Below, piece by piece: positions 52,895-64,000 of a stretch of 64,000 nt of DNA. The stretch is taken from assembly GCA_051362555.1 (NCBI GenBank), contig CM120646.1, positions 1,674,001 to 1,738,000 of the forward strand, given 5' to 3'. The notes below the pieces were generated by a model. It saw nothing but the letters and a program-made list of their open reading frames with translations, had not been told where the DNA came from and made no database searches. The DNA is from Lingula anatina (Eukaryota > Animalia > Brachiopoda). Within the stretch, counting starts at the first letter, position 1, and the number at the start of each line of letters is the position of its first letter. The translations under genes and the position numbers were made by a program.

Positions 52895-53123
52895 GACCGG
52901 CCCAGAAATAATCCGGACCGGCCCAGAAATAATCCCAAGCGAAGTTCACTTGGTCCATATACGTTTCCATTAGTTCTTGATTAAGAAGACACTTTGCTCT
53001 AGCCTTGCAAAAGTCTACATAATCTTCCTTCTTGACAACGCCGTCCAAGTCGTGGTCGAACAATACGAAAAATGAGCGCATTTTGCGGACCCAAAACTCT
53101 GGATATGGCGCGCTTGCTAACAT
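52895..53123 (-). pseudogene. 5'-only SCP-like pseudogene (last array member)
   Basis: MLASAPYPEFWVRKMRS...FAWDYFWAGPDYFWAG, truncated after a 20-bp duplicated segment. Confidence 0.85.
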
Positions 53124-54835
53124 TGTGGATGTCTCCCGTATACTGCAAACGAGACGGTTTGTTGAAAATTTAAATAAAGTTTAAACCTTAGTACCTTGTG
53201 ATCATGGCAATAACAGTATCAATAAAAGAGTAACACACTGAACGTCTTTATGCTTTCTCTTTACGCACGATTCCCTCAGGTAATTTTCAACGGCGCGACG
53301 CATGCAAAGCGACACAATTGGTTGGTATTTACGTTATGTACACCTGCAACAAGATGTATGATGGGTACGTGATGGCATGACTCGCGCTAAATGGCATGGT
53401 AAAAATTAGGCGCAGCTGAGCATCTCATTTTTATCTTCAAGATCAGTGAAGATCACAAGGAAAGTTTTCTTAATACTTACCCCCTCCACTATGTGCAAAG
53501 TGTATGTTTGAGAACAGCTAAGGTATTCTGGGAACGAAACAATCAATAAAAACAACCAAGATGCTGATACTTGTCTTTGTATATTTCAAAACATATTATG
53601 TGTCAAGACAACATCGAAGCTTGTATATATATACGTATACGACCAATTTTGCTACACAGAACAGGTTTAAGATAAATTGCTCTGACCCAGTGCTGTTGAT
53701 TGAAGAAAAATAATGTTTTTTTCTTTTCTAAATTGTTGCAAGAGGTACGCTACAGGCCATCGTAACCATCACTAATGTAGAATGTCGATAAACAGCCGGA
53801 AATTAAAACTAGATATAGGTTCTTTCACATAGTATTCAGCATCACACAAACCATAAAATGGTCGGTTTTAACTTTTTTCTTTCTTATATCCTTCGACTTA
53901 CGGGTATTTCATAATTTTCTTTTCTGTGTGTTGAACAACTCAGAATTCATATCTCATTTTTTTTTGGTAGCCTTTATTTCACATCATACGTACAGTTAAG
54001 ACAAGTAACAGTGTACGGTGTATGGTGTATGGCGTATGGTGTATGGTGAAACTAAACAATAATGAAAATAAAACGCAATGAATAAAAATAAAAATGATAA
54101 TACTAACAATGGAGTACAATTAATAGTGAACATGAGCAAAGTAAAGGCACAACTTATGATTCTATATTGAACAAAATAAATATTTAAATAATAATAACTT
54201 ACTCGAATTGCAGCTACAAAAACTTGGAGATAATCCTGATGTTCACAAAAAAAATGTAAACATATACGATGGGCTTGCCCCCATGCGTATCTGCTGACAA
54301 AATCATACGATGGGCTAGCCCCCATGCGCGTCTGCTGACAAATCACGAGTGGTCTCCACCCCAGTATGATCTGCACATTACTCCGTAAATCATTGACCCG
54401 TTACAATGTGTCACTGGTAGTATACTCTAAAAACTTATACAATACAAAAATACTGTTCTCTAAACGAAACAAACAATGACAAATACTGGTAATAACATCC
54501 TAAATACAACAAACAATAATAATTACAACAATTATTATTTAAATACACTTGTTTTACTTATTAACTTATTGCCGCATGGGTAGGCAACACTGTGAATACT
54601 GCAGTTCGTATAAATCAGCGTCGTGAAGCAGCAAGCTGGCTGTGGTTGCACGGTGTATTTATAATCTTCTACTTATTTAGAAGCTTTTCTTGGAAGAGTT
54701 CTATGTTCGCTGTAATGTATTATCTTATCGTGACACCGCTCTCTGCCACCGTGACAGGTGACGGCACACCTCAGGTACATCAATCATGTAATATAAACAC
54801 TTGCACCTAGTTCTGGGGCCGGCTAGGTGACGCTG

Positions 54836-55074
54836 CTGTGCCCTACGTATATAATTGGAAGATGATAAATCTTTCAAATCTCCAAGCACATAACACAGTA
54901 ATTATATTATCCTTAAGAAGCATATTCACTCGCACTTAAATAAAAGGTTCCTACTGTGCCGTACGCATATAAACTGAAGATGATAAATCTTTCAAATCTC
55001 CAAGCACATAACACAGTAATTATATCATCCTTAAGAAGCATATTCACTCGCACTGAAATAAAAGGTTCCTACTG
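54836..55074 (+). repeat. Two-copy ~118-bp tandem duplication
   Basis: GAAGATGATAAATCTTTCAAATCTCCAAGCACATAACACAGTAATTATAT...AAGGTTCCTACTG occurs twice; only a single copy is present in the paralogous region (~61817-61935). Confidence 0.85.
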
Positions 55075-55400
55075 AACATAAATTCTATTATTGCAGTTGG
55101 ATCACATCAAGAAAAATGCATGTTTTGACAAATTATTCTTTAAGGCGGAGGTATCTAATCTTCAGATTTAGACTCCTGCAGCAGATTCCATGTTCCATCT
55201 TCTACGCATTGCTCAATAAAGTTCCAAAGCCACTTACTAAAAAATTTGGATGTTGTTCACAAAGGACGAGCAAAGCAAAGGGTTTGTGAAAATTGACAAG
55301 TTACAAATGTGAAATACACGAATACACTAAATTGTACCATATTAGCAAGGGTGTATAACGAGTAAGACGTCACAACAACAAGAACAACAACAACAACAAC

Positions 55401-55432
<32 letters not shown>

Positions 55433-55487
55433 TATAAGTAATATCGATCACCATGTGTTAAATCCCACATGAGATACTAGTTCCAAG

Positions 55488-55534
55488 AGATAACCCACAC
55501 AGGCCCCTGTAGATAACCCCTTCCTTCGCTATCT
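55488..55534 (+). promoter_or_regulatory. GATA-site cluster upstream of the cadherin-FReD gene
   Basis: AGATAA at 55488 and 55511 and CTATCT at 55529; all conserved in the paralogue (63304, 63327, 63345). Confidence 0.45.
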
Positions 55535-55622
55535 CTACCTTCCCACGTAATATGGGGGTCATTTCAAGCGGTGAGAAGCTAAGTGCAATACTTGTATTTT
55601 AGCGTCCTGCCATCGTAAGAAG

Positions 55623-58600
55623 ATGAAGGTCTACTATTTTCTCATCGTACTGCTGTTTTATTGCGCTGCTCAAGGTATGTATGGCTTACATATATTTAGT
55701 GATCCCAGGCATCTGTGTTGTGTGTATCATTCGATATTGGTATGTGTTGGTTATTAGAAAAAATCACCCAACTTTGAAGTTTGATTTATTAAAGATAGAA
55801 CAGGGAGCAATACGGTGCAAAAATATTATTTATTATTGATTCTCAATGGGTTGTGCTTTAATTCGATTATATGGGCATACTTGTACTTCGTGGCATCAAA
55901 ATGTATTTTTTTATATTTTTGTCCGCTTATTTGTGTAAATGCAGTCATATATCAAGCATACTACTAGTATATGTTGCCTTAAATATTTAATATTCATATT
56001 ATTTTGCATACGTAAAGTATGTTACTGTCGCAATAAACAAATGGTATTGTACATGTAAGAGGTAATCCATTGAATATAAGTTGTGGTATTTGTTAAAGAT
56101 TACATGAATAAAGATTTTGCCTGAAAGGCAAGGCAGCCAAATAATTGGTGTCAAAGTACAGTGGAGTCTGTTGTTGGTGGCCAAAGTGATATACATACAA
56201 CGTTATCACAGATCACGAATGGGAATGTGATTGTACATATATAGGCACAGGCAAGATGGTAATGTAATTCGGTCGAGAAAAAAGGACATTTGAAGTGTGA
56301 GAAAGAAAAAGGCACTGGATGCAGTGTCCAAAATGAACAAATAAATAAACAAGTAATATCGGTGCCAATTTATCTTAAAGGTACATACGAACCGAGCATC
56401 GGTGGAGTGTGGATTCCCAGTAATACATGTAAACCACTTCCACTAGATTCTTATATGGCTCAAATAAATTCGACGTGCCAAGGGATAAACTGAATAGATC
56501 ACTCGATCAGCCATAAAAGACCTTTAGACTGCTCCTTTCTTTAAATTTATGGTTGTAAATTTAACCTACTTCCGTGACCTACTTTCCTGTCCCATTGACA
56601 TACAGCTTAGAATGCCAGCAGAAAAATCTGTTCAAACATCATTTTGGGGTAAAATTAAACAATGCCTTTTGGTAATTCTCTTAGTTATACTACTTGAAAC
56701 TGTATACTGGCATTTGGTTGGTCTTTGTGACAAAAAATTGACTTTGTATGCATCTTTAATAAATTATTGCACCATTTCAGCCAAAGGGAACAGCCCGCCT
56801 GTGTTCACAGCGCCACCTATACTTGTGATTAAGGAGGATCGTCCGAAAGGTAATGCAAACCGATAACTCAATTTCCCGCTATATTTTTATGATACTAGTA
56901 CTTTTCGGGAAACACGTTTACCATATATATCGAATCTCAGGTTCCATCGTATTTTAATAAAACTGTCCGTTTTGCCTCTTGTCCCAAGAACAGCGTGTTT
57001 CAAGCACTCTTTTCTTATGGCATAACCATGTAAAAGAGTGGCAAATCAAAACCAATGATTCCTTTCTTGTGCAGGGTCTGTTGTTGGAACACTCAGGGCT
57101 ACCGACTCTGACGGAGACAGCCTTACTTTCAGTGTTTCAGCAAGTGGATCTTCATTCAACCTCGTCCAGGTCTCTAACACCCGCGGCAGCGCTGAGTCTA
57201 ACATTACACTAAAGTCGCAACTTAATTATGAGGTAAGTGCCCAGAAAACTGAAATAAAGTTAAAAGGCCTTTTGTTACCCGTGCTTTTTAATTAAATCCC
57301 AACACAATATACTGTAGTATTATGAGCGAAGTGTTTTCTGTGCAGCTTTTTAAAACGTACTTCAATATTGTAAAAATATAAGTCATTTTATTTGAAAAAT
57401 AAAATTTGCATCAATTTCTGAAATATCACTAGATTATGTTATCCAAGCGCAACTGCAATAATTGAAAATATTTGAATTACACAATAAAATGATCATACGA
57501 CTAAAATAACACACAGATATTACCTGTATCTGCCTTTCATCGGAAACAGATTTAAATGACTCATTGATATTTTCCTTAGCACATCCACAGTATCTATTTT
57601 ATTTAATTTTCAACATGAACTTGGATGTACAATGTATATGTAGTACCAACATACAGTATCTGCCAATAACAATAACTGCCAATAACTTTCACAATATATT
57701 GATACATTTCAGACAGTCTCACAGTTTGATGTTGGGTTCACTGTATTTGATGGCGTTAACGTGGTCAGTGGTATACGTTGATGGTTGTAACGACCTTTGT
57801 TTTTTTCACAATGTATTTTGTTGTAAATAAAAAAACAGCTATGTTGACGATCATTAAACAACTTTGCAGCGATCAGTGTATAAACACATTGTGTATATTT
57901 GACTGATTTCTGAAAGAAGATCACCAGTTTTAGATTTACATCACCATTCATAATTTCCTTTTACTGATCCGGAGAATCAGGCGATCTGCCGTTTATTAAA
58001 CAATACATTTAATTTTTAAACCCGTTTTATTGACAAAATTAGCTTTCATCCACATTCACAAAGCCAGTATCCACTTGTCAAGTATGTTTCGTTGTTGAAT
58101 ATTATGTTATCTTGTTGCAGCTAACCAGAACTGTCACTGTATATATCGTCAACGTAAACGACAACGCACCTCTCTTCAACAAGGCTCGTTACATTGCAGA
58201 TGTTCTGGAAGTAAGCATGGAATTAAAATATCTGTGGACTATACATATTATCACATACTATATTATAGAAAATTATATGAATCAGCTAGTATAAGGAAGA
58301 GAAAAACAATACAGTACATCTGTAGCTATATAAACAGCCATCTGTCATAATTATGGTGCCATTTATGAAAAGGATGGTCGTTTGATTTTAGAGTACCCCA
58401 ACTATCCAAAGCGTTTTAAAACGATAATGTTATAACATAGCGATACTTTTTGTCGTAATGATATTCGTAGGTTTGAATTGATATGTCAGAGCTCTACATC
58501 CTGTTTTAGAGCACTCCAGTGGGGACCCAAATCCTCACAGTGGAAGCGACGGACCCAGATTATGGCCCACCAACATACTATTTCTACTCAAAGGTAAAAC

Positions 58601-61396
58601 ACTGTTCCAACATTTTTGTCTTTTATCTTTTACCACACCGGTCAACTGTGAACACAGCTAGGAAAACCTCTACTCCACCTCTTCTCTCGGGACATTCGAC
58701 ATTATCCAAGAGTGAGGAGTTTCGCAGGAGGGATTATTGCATACTTGTCGATAGAAATCGAATAAACCGTTTGCAAAGCTACATGTATTAGTATTTCAAC
58801 ATCATCCTGTAATAAGTGTCTCTTTAATTTTATTTATACTTAAACTTTATTATTGATCTACTTTTTCCCATGCAAGTTCGATGTTACTTTCTAATAATAG
58901 GCTGGGCCATTAGTGCCTTCAGCCTGAGGTTTGCTGAAGAAGGTTGGGTTTAAACCTTTTGTCCTCTAGTAAATTTACCTCCCAAAAGCTGGTTTTGTGT
59001 GCATATTTCTTCTTTACCCGTTTCAGGATTCAGATTCCATCTCGCAGAACGTCGGCAACTTTAGGATTGATCAAACAACAGGGAATATCACACTTATAGC
59101 TCCGTTGGATTTTGAAAAGGATGCACAACACAGTTTGATGGTTATGGCAAGGGTAAATATTCAATATACTCTGTGTTGAAGGTCAGTTTTCTGGGGCGTT
59201 TATTTATCATTAAAGAAATAATGTTTAAAATATTTAAAGTCGCATAAGCGGGTAGGGGAGAGGGGAGCAAAACAAAATTGTGAATCTTACTCCGACTTTG
59301 AAACCTGGCTAGGTTCCTTCATGGAGGTTGGAAAACATCATTAGTATTCGAGGTCTCTCCGATAGCTTGCAAAGATTTCTACAAACAGGAATCGTTCAAA
59401 ACTTAAATTAAATTCGCATGTTATTATTGCGAGCATTAAATGATTGATAAATGTTAAGTTGTCATTGATCGTTAAGGAAAGGGATAATCGAAATCAAATT
59501 TGCTCACTTGTCTATTTCTTATCCTTAAACAATGTGTGTCAACGTTCTTCACAGGACCAATACGGATGGAACAGCACAGCAACGGTCTTTGTAAGAGTAG
59601 GGGACGTGCCAGAGGAACCGCTCACTACATCACCTCAAGGTGAGACAAGGGGAATACGGTATAAAAGACCCTTGTCATTATTTTGAAATATAAGGAATTA
59701 TAAAACATTTTACTATATTTTCACTCTCTTGCCAGCGCAGATAGAAGGGTAGAAAATGGACCAAATATGTGCCGAAAAATGTTTGTTTAGTATTCTGCTA
59801 ATTAGTCCGTGTTGATTTTATCTGTGCAGCCAGCGCCTGAACCAGTTTCATATTTTATTTATTTATTTATTTATTTATTTATTTTGCATATTATTCCTCC
59901 ATTTGCAAATGCATTTGTATAAGAATCTAGCTGATTCACATTTACCGTGTGCATTCCACCCGGAAGATTTATGTCACAATAGGTGGGCATCTTCATTTCA
60001 GAGGGTATATTCAAAGCTTTTCGTGCTGCACTTACAATATATACAATGACAATGACGTCATACACAGTGACGCAGTACAATTTATGACTTTAGATTGCTA
60101 CGATGTGTTCAAGGCGGGTAACGCCACTCCTGGTGTATATACCGTGTATCCTAGCTCTGACGTCACAAAGTCAAAACCCCCAGCACCATTGATGGTTTAC
60201 TGTGAGGACGGGTGGACTTATCTTCAGCGGAGATCGGGCTACAGAAACCATTACCCTGTCAACTTCGATAGAGGTAGGGATTATAAACCAATCAGTTAAG
60301 TTTCGACTGTGTCGAATTTTTTTTCTGTATTCATTGAACATGGTGACTTCCAAAGTGCAATGCTAGTGTGGCACTAAACTTGGAATAATTTGGTCAATAC
60401 AAGACACGTTAGGATTTCTTTGCAATAACATACTTTACAGAAAAGTAAAACTGGCATTGGTTGGACATTACGGAACAGAGTAAAAGTATCATTATTATAA
60501 TACCATTTCATGGCTAAATGCATGCAAAAACACTCTACCTGTGAGAATCAGTGCATATTTGGAGTCACTGACTTATATTGTGATACCTTCATCTGTCAAA
60601 GATCTATAAGCATTCTTTTCGACATTGTTTTGAAAGTGTGGATCAAAGAAACTTGATATTATTCTTGTACATTGCAATAATGGTTACCATTCGTTTAAGT
60701 AAATTTGTTTCTCGAATCTATAAATTTGTTAATTCATTTATTCAATCCAGATTGGAATGACTATAAAGATGGCTTTGGGGATCTTCATGGTAATTTCTGG
60801 CTTGGAAATGAGAACATTCACTCTCTGACGAAGAACAAAGCATACAAACTGATGGTTCAGGTTGAAACTTTGTAAGTGTCATTGTATTGTTTCGGGGTAC
60901 TAACGTTGGTGAATCAGGTAATATTAGTAAGGTTTGTTCTATTATATCATTTATACTAGTTTCGTCTGTTTTATCTATAGATATTGGTAATCTAATAAGC
61001 TAATGTCATTCTTTAAAACAACATCTTACAGTTACAGGAAAAATTATACACTTCTAACTTGTAATACCTTTTGTTGTTAGGAATGACAAAAAGAACTATG
61101 TCGCAAAGTACGAAGCATTTAACATCGATGACGAAGCCAATCTTTATACTCTACATGTCTCCGGGTACTCGGGCAACGCAGGGGATGGATTCGGAACTCA
61201 CAACGGCCTTCCTTTCAGCACCAAGGATAAAGACAACGACAAAAGTTTCGGCTTTTGTGGCGACATCTATGGTGGATGGTGGTATCACGACTGTCGTCTG
61301 GCGGATCTAAACGGTTGGATGGAATGGTTCACCGGAAACAAATGGCTTTTCTTGGATCGCACCGTTATGAAAATTAAACCTGCTTTTGTAAATTAG
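55623..61396 (+). CDS. Secreted cadherin-repeat + fibrinogen-related domain (FReD) protein, 443 aa, 11 exons
   Basis: join(55623..55674, 56781..56849, 57075..57232, 57713..57763, 58121..58210, 58510..58593, 59027..59152, 59555..59639, 60094..60273, 60751..60871, 61081..61396). All junctions are GT-AG with compatible phases, total 1332 nt with no internal stop. Signal peptide MKVYYFLIVLLFYCAAQA; AATAAA at 61431. Confidence 0.88.
56781..59639 (+). other. Two extracellular cadherin repeats (exons 2-8)
   Basis: EC1: NSPPVF, IKEDRPKGSVV, ATDSDGD, LNYE, VFDG, VNVNDNAPLF. EC2: VLESTPVGT, ATDPD, FRIDQTTGNITL, LDFE, ARDQYG, VGDVPEEP. Confidence 0.88.
60094..61396 (+). other. Fibrinogen C-terminal (FBG/FReD) domain (exons 9-11)
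   Basis: DCYDV, [87 protein letters not shown]...LNG, MKIKP. Confidence 0.92.
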
Positions 61397-62216
61397 ATGC
61401 TTTGGTGAAAACGCGTTGATTTTGACGATAAATAAAGGAGAATGTATTAACGTTGCTAAATTTCAAAATATAGCATGGTTTCTTTTTTATTCATAATACA
61501 ATCCATTGCACGGCCATCGACACATAGAGGTAGTTTGGGCACTAATGAAGAGTTTCCATGTATTGATGTATGTCACATGTAATACGTACTGGTACGTCGT
61601 ATAAAGCAGCGTCGCGAAGCAGCAAGCTGGAGGTGGTAACACGGGATATGTGTAGCCTTCTACCTTTTCCTCGGAAGAGGTCTATGTGTGCTGCAATGTA
61701 TTATCTTATCGTGACACCCTTCTTGGCCACCGTAACAGGTGACGGCATACCTCAGGCGTCTCATTCATGTTAAATAAACACTTGCACCTATACCCAGGGC
61801 CGGCTAGGTGACGCTGCTGTGTCGCACGTACATAAATGGAAGATGATTCTTGAAGTCTCAACACGAATGACACAGTAGTCATATTACACTTAGGAAGCGT
61901 ATTCAGTAGCACTAAAATAAATGATTACAACTGAACGTAAAGTCTATTGTTTCAGTTGGATCACATAATATTCCTTGACAAATTCCTGTTTCAGGAGAAT
62001 GCTTAGACCGCAGCAGATACCATGTTCTATCTTTTACACATTGCTCAATAAAATGATTCTATATTTAGAGAATAATGAGCATACTGTAGTTTTCATTCAA
62101 AGGTAATTGCTTACCAAGAGTACTTAGTCAGATGTTAGATGTAGCCAAAGGCTATGTTTCATCAGTACTTACCTGGAGAACATGTCATTCTCTATATGCA
62201 CAATGTGTAGGCCTAT

Positions 62217-63041
62217 ATAGTGAATCATTCAGACACTGGACTTCACCCTGATAGGAGGTGTGCAGGACTTTTTATACCTGAGGTGACTTTCATTTATTTA
62301 CATATATCAGTATTTCATAATCTAGTTCTTTATTGTGTATTTCATATTTTTCCATTTATTATATTACTGAGTTTACTAATAGTTTGTTTGTATGCATTTC
62401 AGCCTTCATTGTTTCCAGTTAATAAAGATTGGAAATCAAATAGTGTCCATCTTATCTATGAAGGCTCAGGTATGATCATAGTCTACCGGTAAACAGTCCA
62501 TCCTACAGGCCAGCATGCCAGTTGTAAAGTGCCCATTCCCAGACTGCACCTATGAGACAGAAGATGTGGCAGATACCATTGTCAACACACTATTGACAAT
62601 ACATGCACAAAGCCATAATGCCACTTCCTCTCAGTCATCTACAAAGGTCAAAACTGACAAGATTCGTCGCCCCACAATATCTACAGCGGGTACTAGTGAA
62701 GATTGGACTTACTTTCTGACTAGATGGAAAGAATATACCATAGCAACCAAAATTACTGGCCAAGATCGTGTAATACAATTACTGACAGAGAATGACATGA
62801 TAGTGAATCATTTAGACACTGGACTTCACCCTGATAGGAGGTGTGCAGGACTTTTTATACCTGAGGTGACTTTCATTTATTTACATATATCAGTATTTCA
62901 TAATCTAGTTCTTTATTGTGTATTTCATATTTTTCCATTTATTATATTACTGAGTTTACTAATAGTTTGTTTGTATGCATTTCAGCCTTCATTGTTTCCA
63001 GTTAATAAAGATTGGAAATCAAATAGTGTCCATCTTATCTA
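62217..63041 (+). mobile_element. Internally deleted LTR retroelement (TRIM-like Ty3/Gypsy derivative) with two 242-bp LTRs and a gag 5' fragment
   Basis: 62217-62458 and 62800-63041 differ at one position seen. The 3' LTR is preceded by a purine-rich tract + TG (62798). Internal ORF from 62515 (MPVVKCPFPDCTY...RRPTISTAGTSEDWTYFLTRWKEY...DRVIQLL) resembles Gypsy gag N-termini. Absent from the paralogous site near 55220. Confidence 0.8.
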
Positions 63042-63433
63042 ATATTCACATACTAGCAAATTTGGATTTTGTACTTAGCTTCTCGCCGCTTAAAAGGTCG
63101 GGCAAAGCAAAGGATTAGTGAAAAATGTCAAGATGCAAATGTGAAATACACGAATACCCTAAATTTTACCATATTGGCAAGAGTATTTAATGAGTAAGAA
63201 ATCACAACAACAACAATAACAACATCAACAAAAACAACAACAATAATAATAATTTAAGTAATGTCGATACCCATGTGTTAAACCCCATATAAATAGTTCC
63301 AAGAGATAACCCACATCAGCCCCTGTAGATAACCCCTTCCTTCGCTATCTCGACCTTCTCACGTTATATGGGGGTCATTTTAAGCGGTGAGAAGCTAAGT
63401 ACTTGTGTTTTAGCGTCCTGCCATCGTAAGAAG

Positions 63434-63485
63434 ATGAACGTCCAATATTTTCTCATCGCATTGCTGTTTTATTGCTCTGCTCAAG
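63434..63485 (+). CDS. Signal-peptide exon 1 of a second cadherin-FReD paralogue (rest beyond window)
   Basis: MNVQYFLIALLFYCSAQ+G|GTATGT, same 52-nt length, phase and flanks as 55623-55674. Confidence 0.8.
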
Positions 63486-64000
63486 GTATGTATGGCTTAC
63501 AGATATTTAGTAATTGCAGGCATATGTAATGTGTGTATCATTTGATATGGATATGTGTTGGTTATTAGAAAAAAACACCCAACTTTGAAGTTTGATTTAT
63601 TAAAGATAGAACAGGGAGCGATACGTTGGAAAAATTCTTACTTATTATCGATCCTCAATGGGTTGTGCTTTAATTCGATTGTATGGGCATACATGAACAT
63701 CTTGGCATGAAAATATATTTTTAATATCTCTGTCCGCTAATTTGTGTATACTCAATCATATATCAAGCATACTACGAGTATATGTTGCCATAGATATTTG
63801 ATATTCATATTAATTTACATAATGTGTACATTTGTTAAGTATGTTCGTGTCGCAATGAATAAATGGAATTGTACATGCATCAGGGAACTCATTGAATTAA
63901 GTTGTGGCATTTGTTCAAAATTACATAAATAAAGATTTCATCTTTTAAGATGCAAATTAATTTTTTTTAAATGCAAAGCGACCAAATACATTTATTTGGT

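Larger units (their letters stand above)
61590..63945 (+). repeat. Segmental tandem duplicate of ~54600-56120 (upstream region, exon 1 and intron 1 of the cadherin-FReD gene)
   Basis: Collinear similarity from GAAGCAGCAAGCTGG through exon 1 to AATAAAGATTT, interrupted by an insertion at ~62052-63046. Confidence 0.85.

Noticed and set aside
62220-62492. Hydrophobic 90-aa ORF resembling a membrane protein
   Set aside because: It is the T-rich LTR sequence and is repeated in the second LTR.

Overview
AT-rich animal (invertebrate, probably lophotrochozoan; inferred) genomic DNA with GT-AG spliced genes, not prokaryotic. Left half (1-27.6 kb): mostly non-coding, with a two-coding-exon type II single-pass membrane glycoprotein gene (15225-15588 + 26439-26794, ~11 kb intron), the probable last exon of an upstream paralogue (2122-2267), MITEs and microsatellites. 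Middle (27.9-53.1 kb): a minus-strand tandem array of about 14 loci of intronless 182-aa sarcoplasmic calcium-binding protein (SCP, EF-hand)-like genes (7 intact, 1 with a 1-bp frameshift, 6 relics). The array is interrupted by a full-length tyrosine-recombinase (DIRS-order, split-direct-repeat) retrotransposon at 46385-52524. Right end: an 11-exon gene not visible as a single ORF (55623-61396). It encodes a secreted 443-aa protein of signal peptide + two cadherin repeats + a C-terminal fibrinogen-related domain, an architecture I do not recognise from described FReD families. A tandem paralogue starts at 63434, with an internally deleted LTR element upstream of it.
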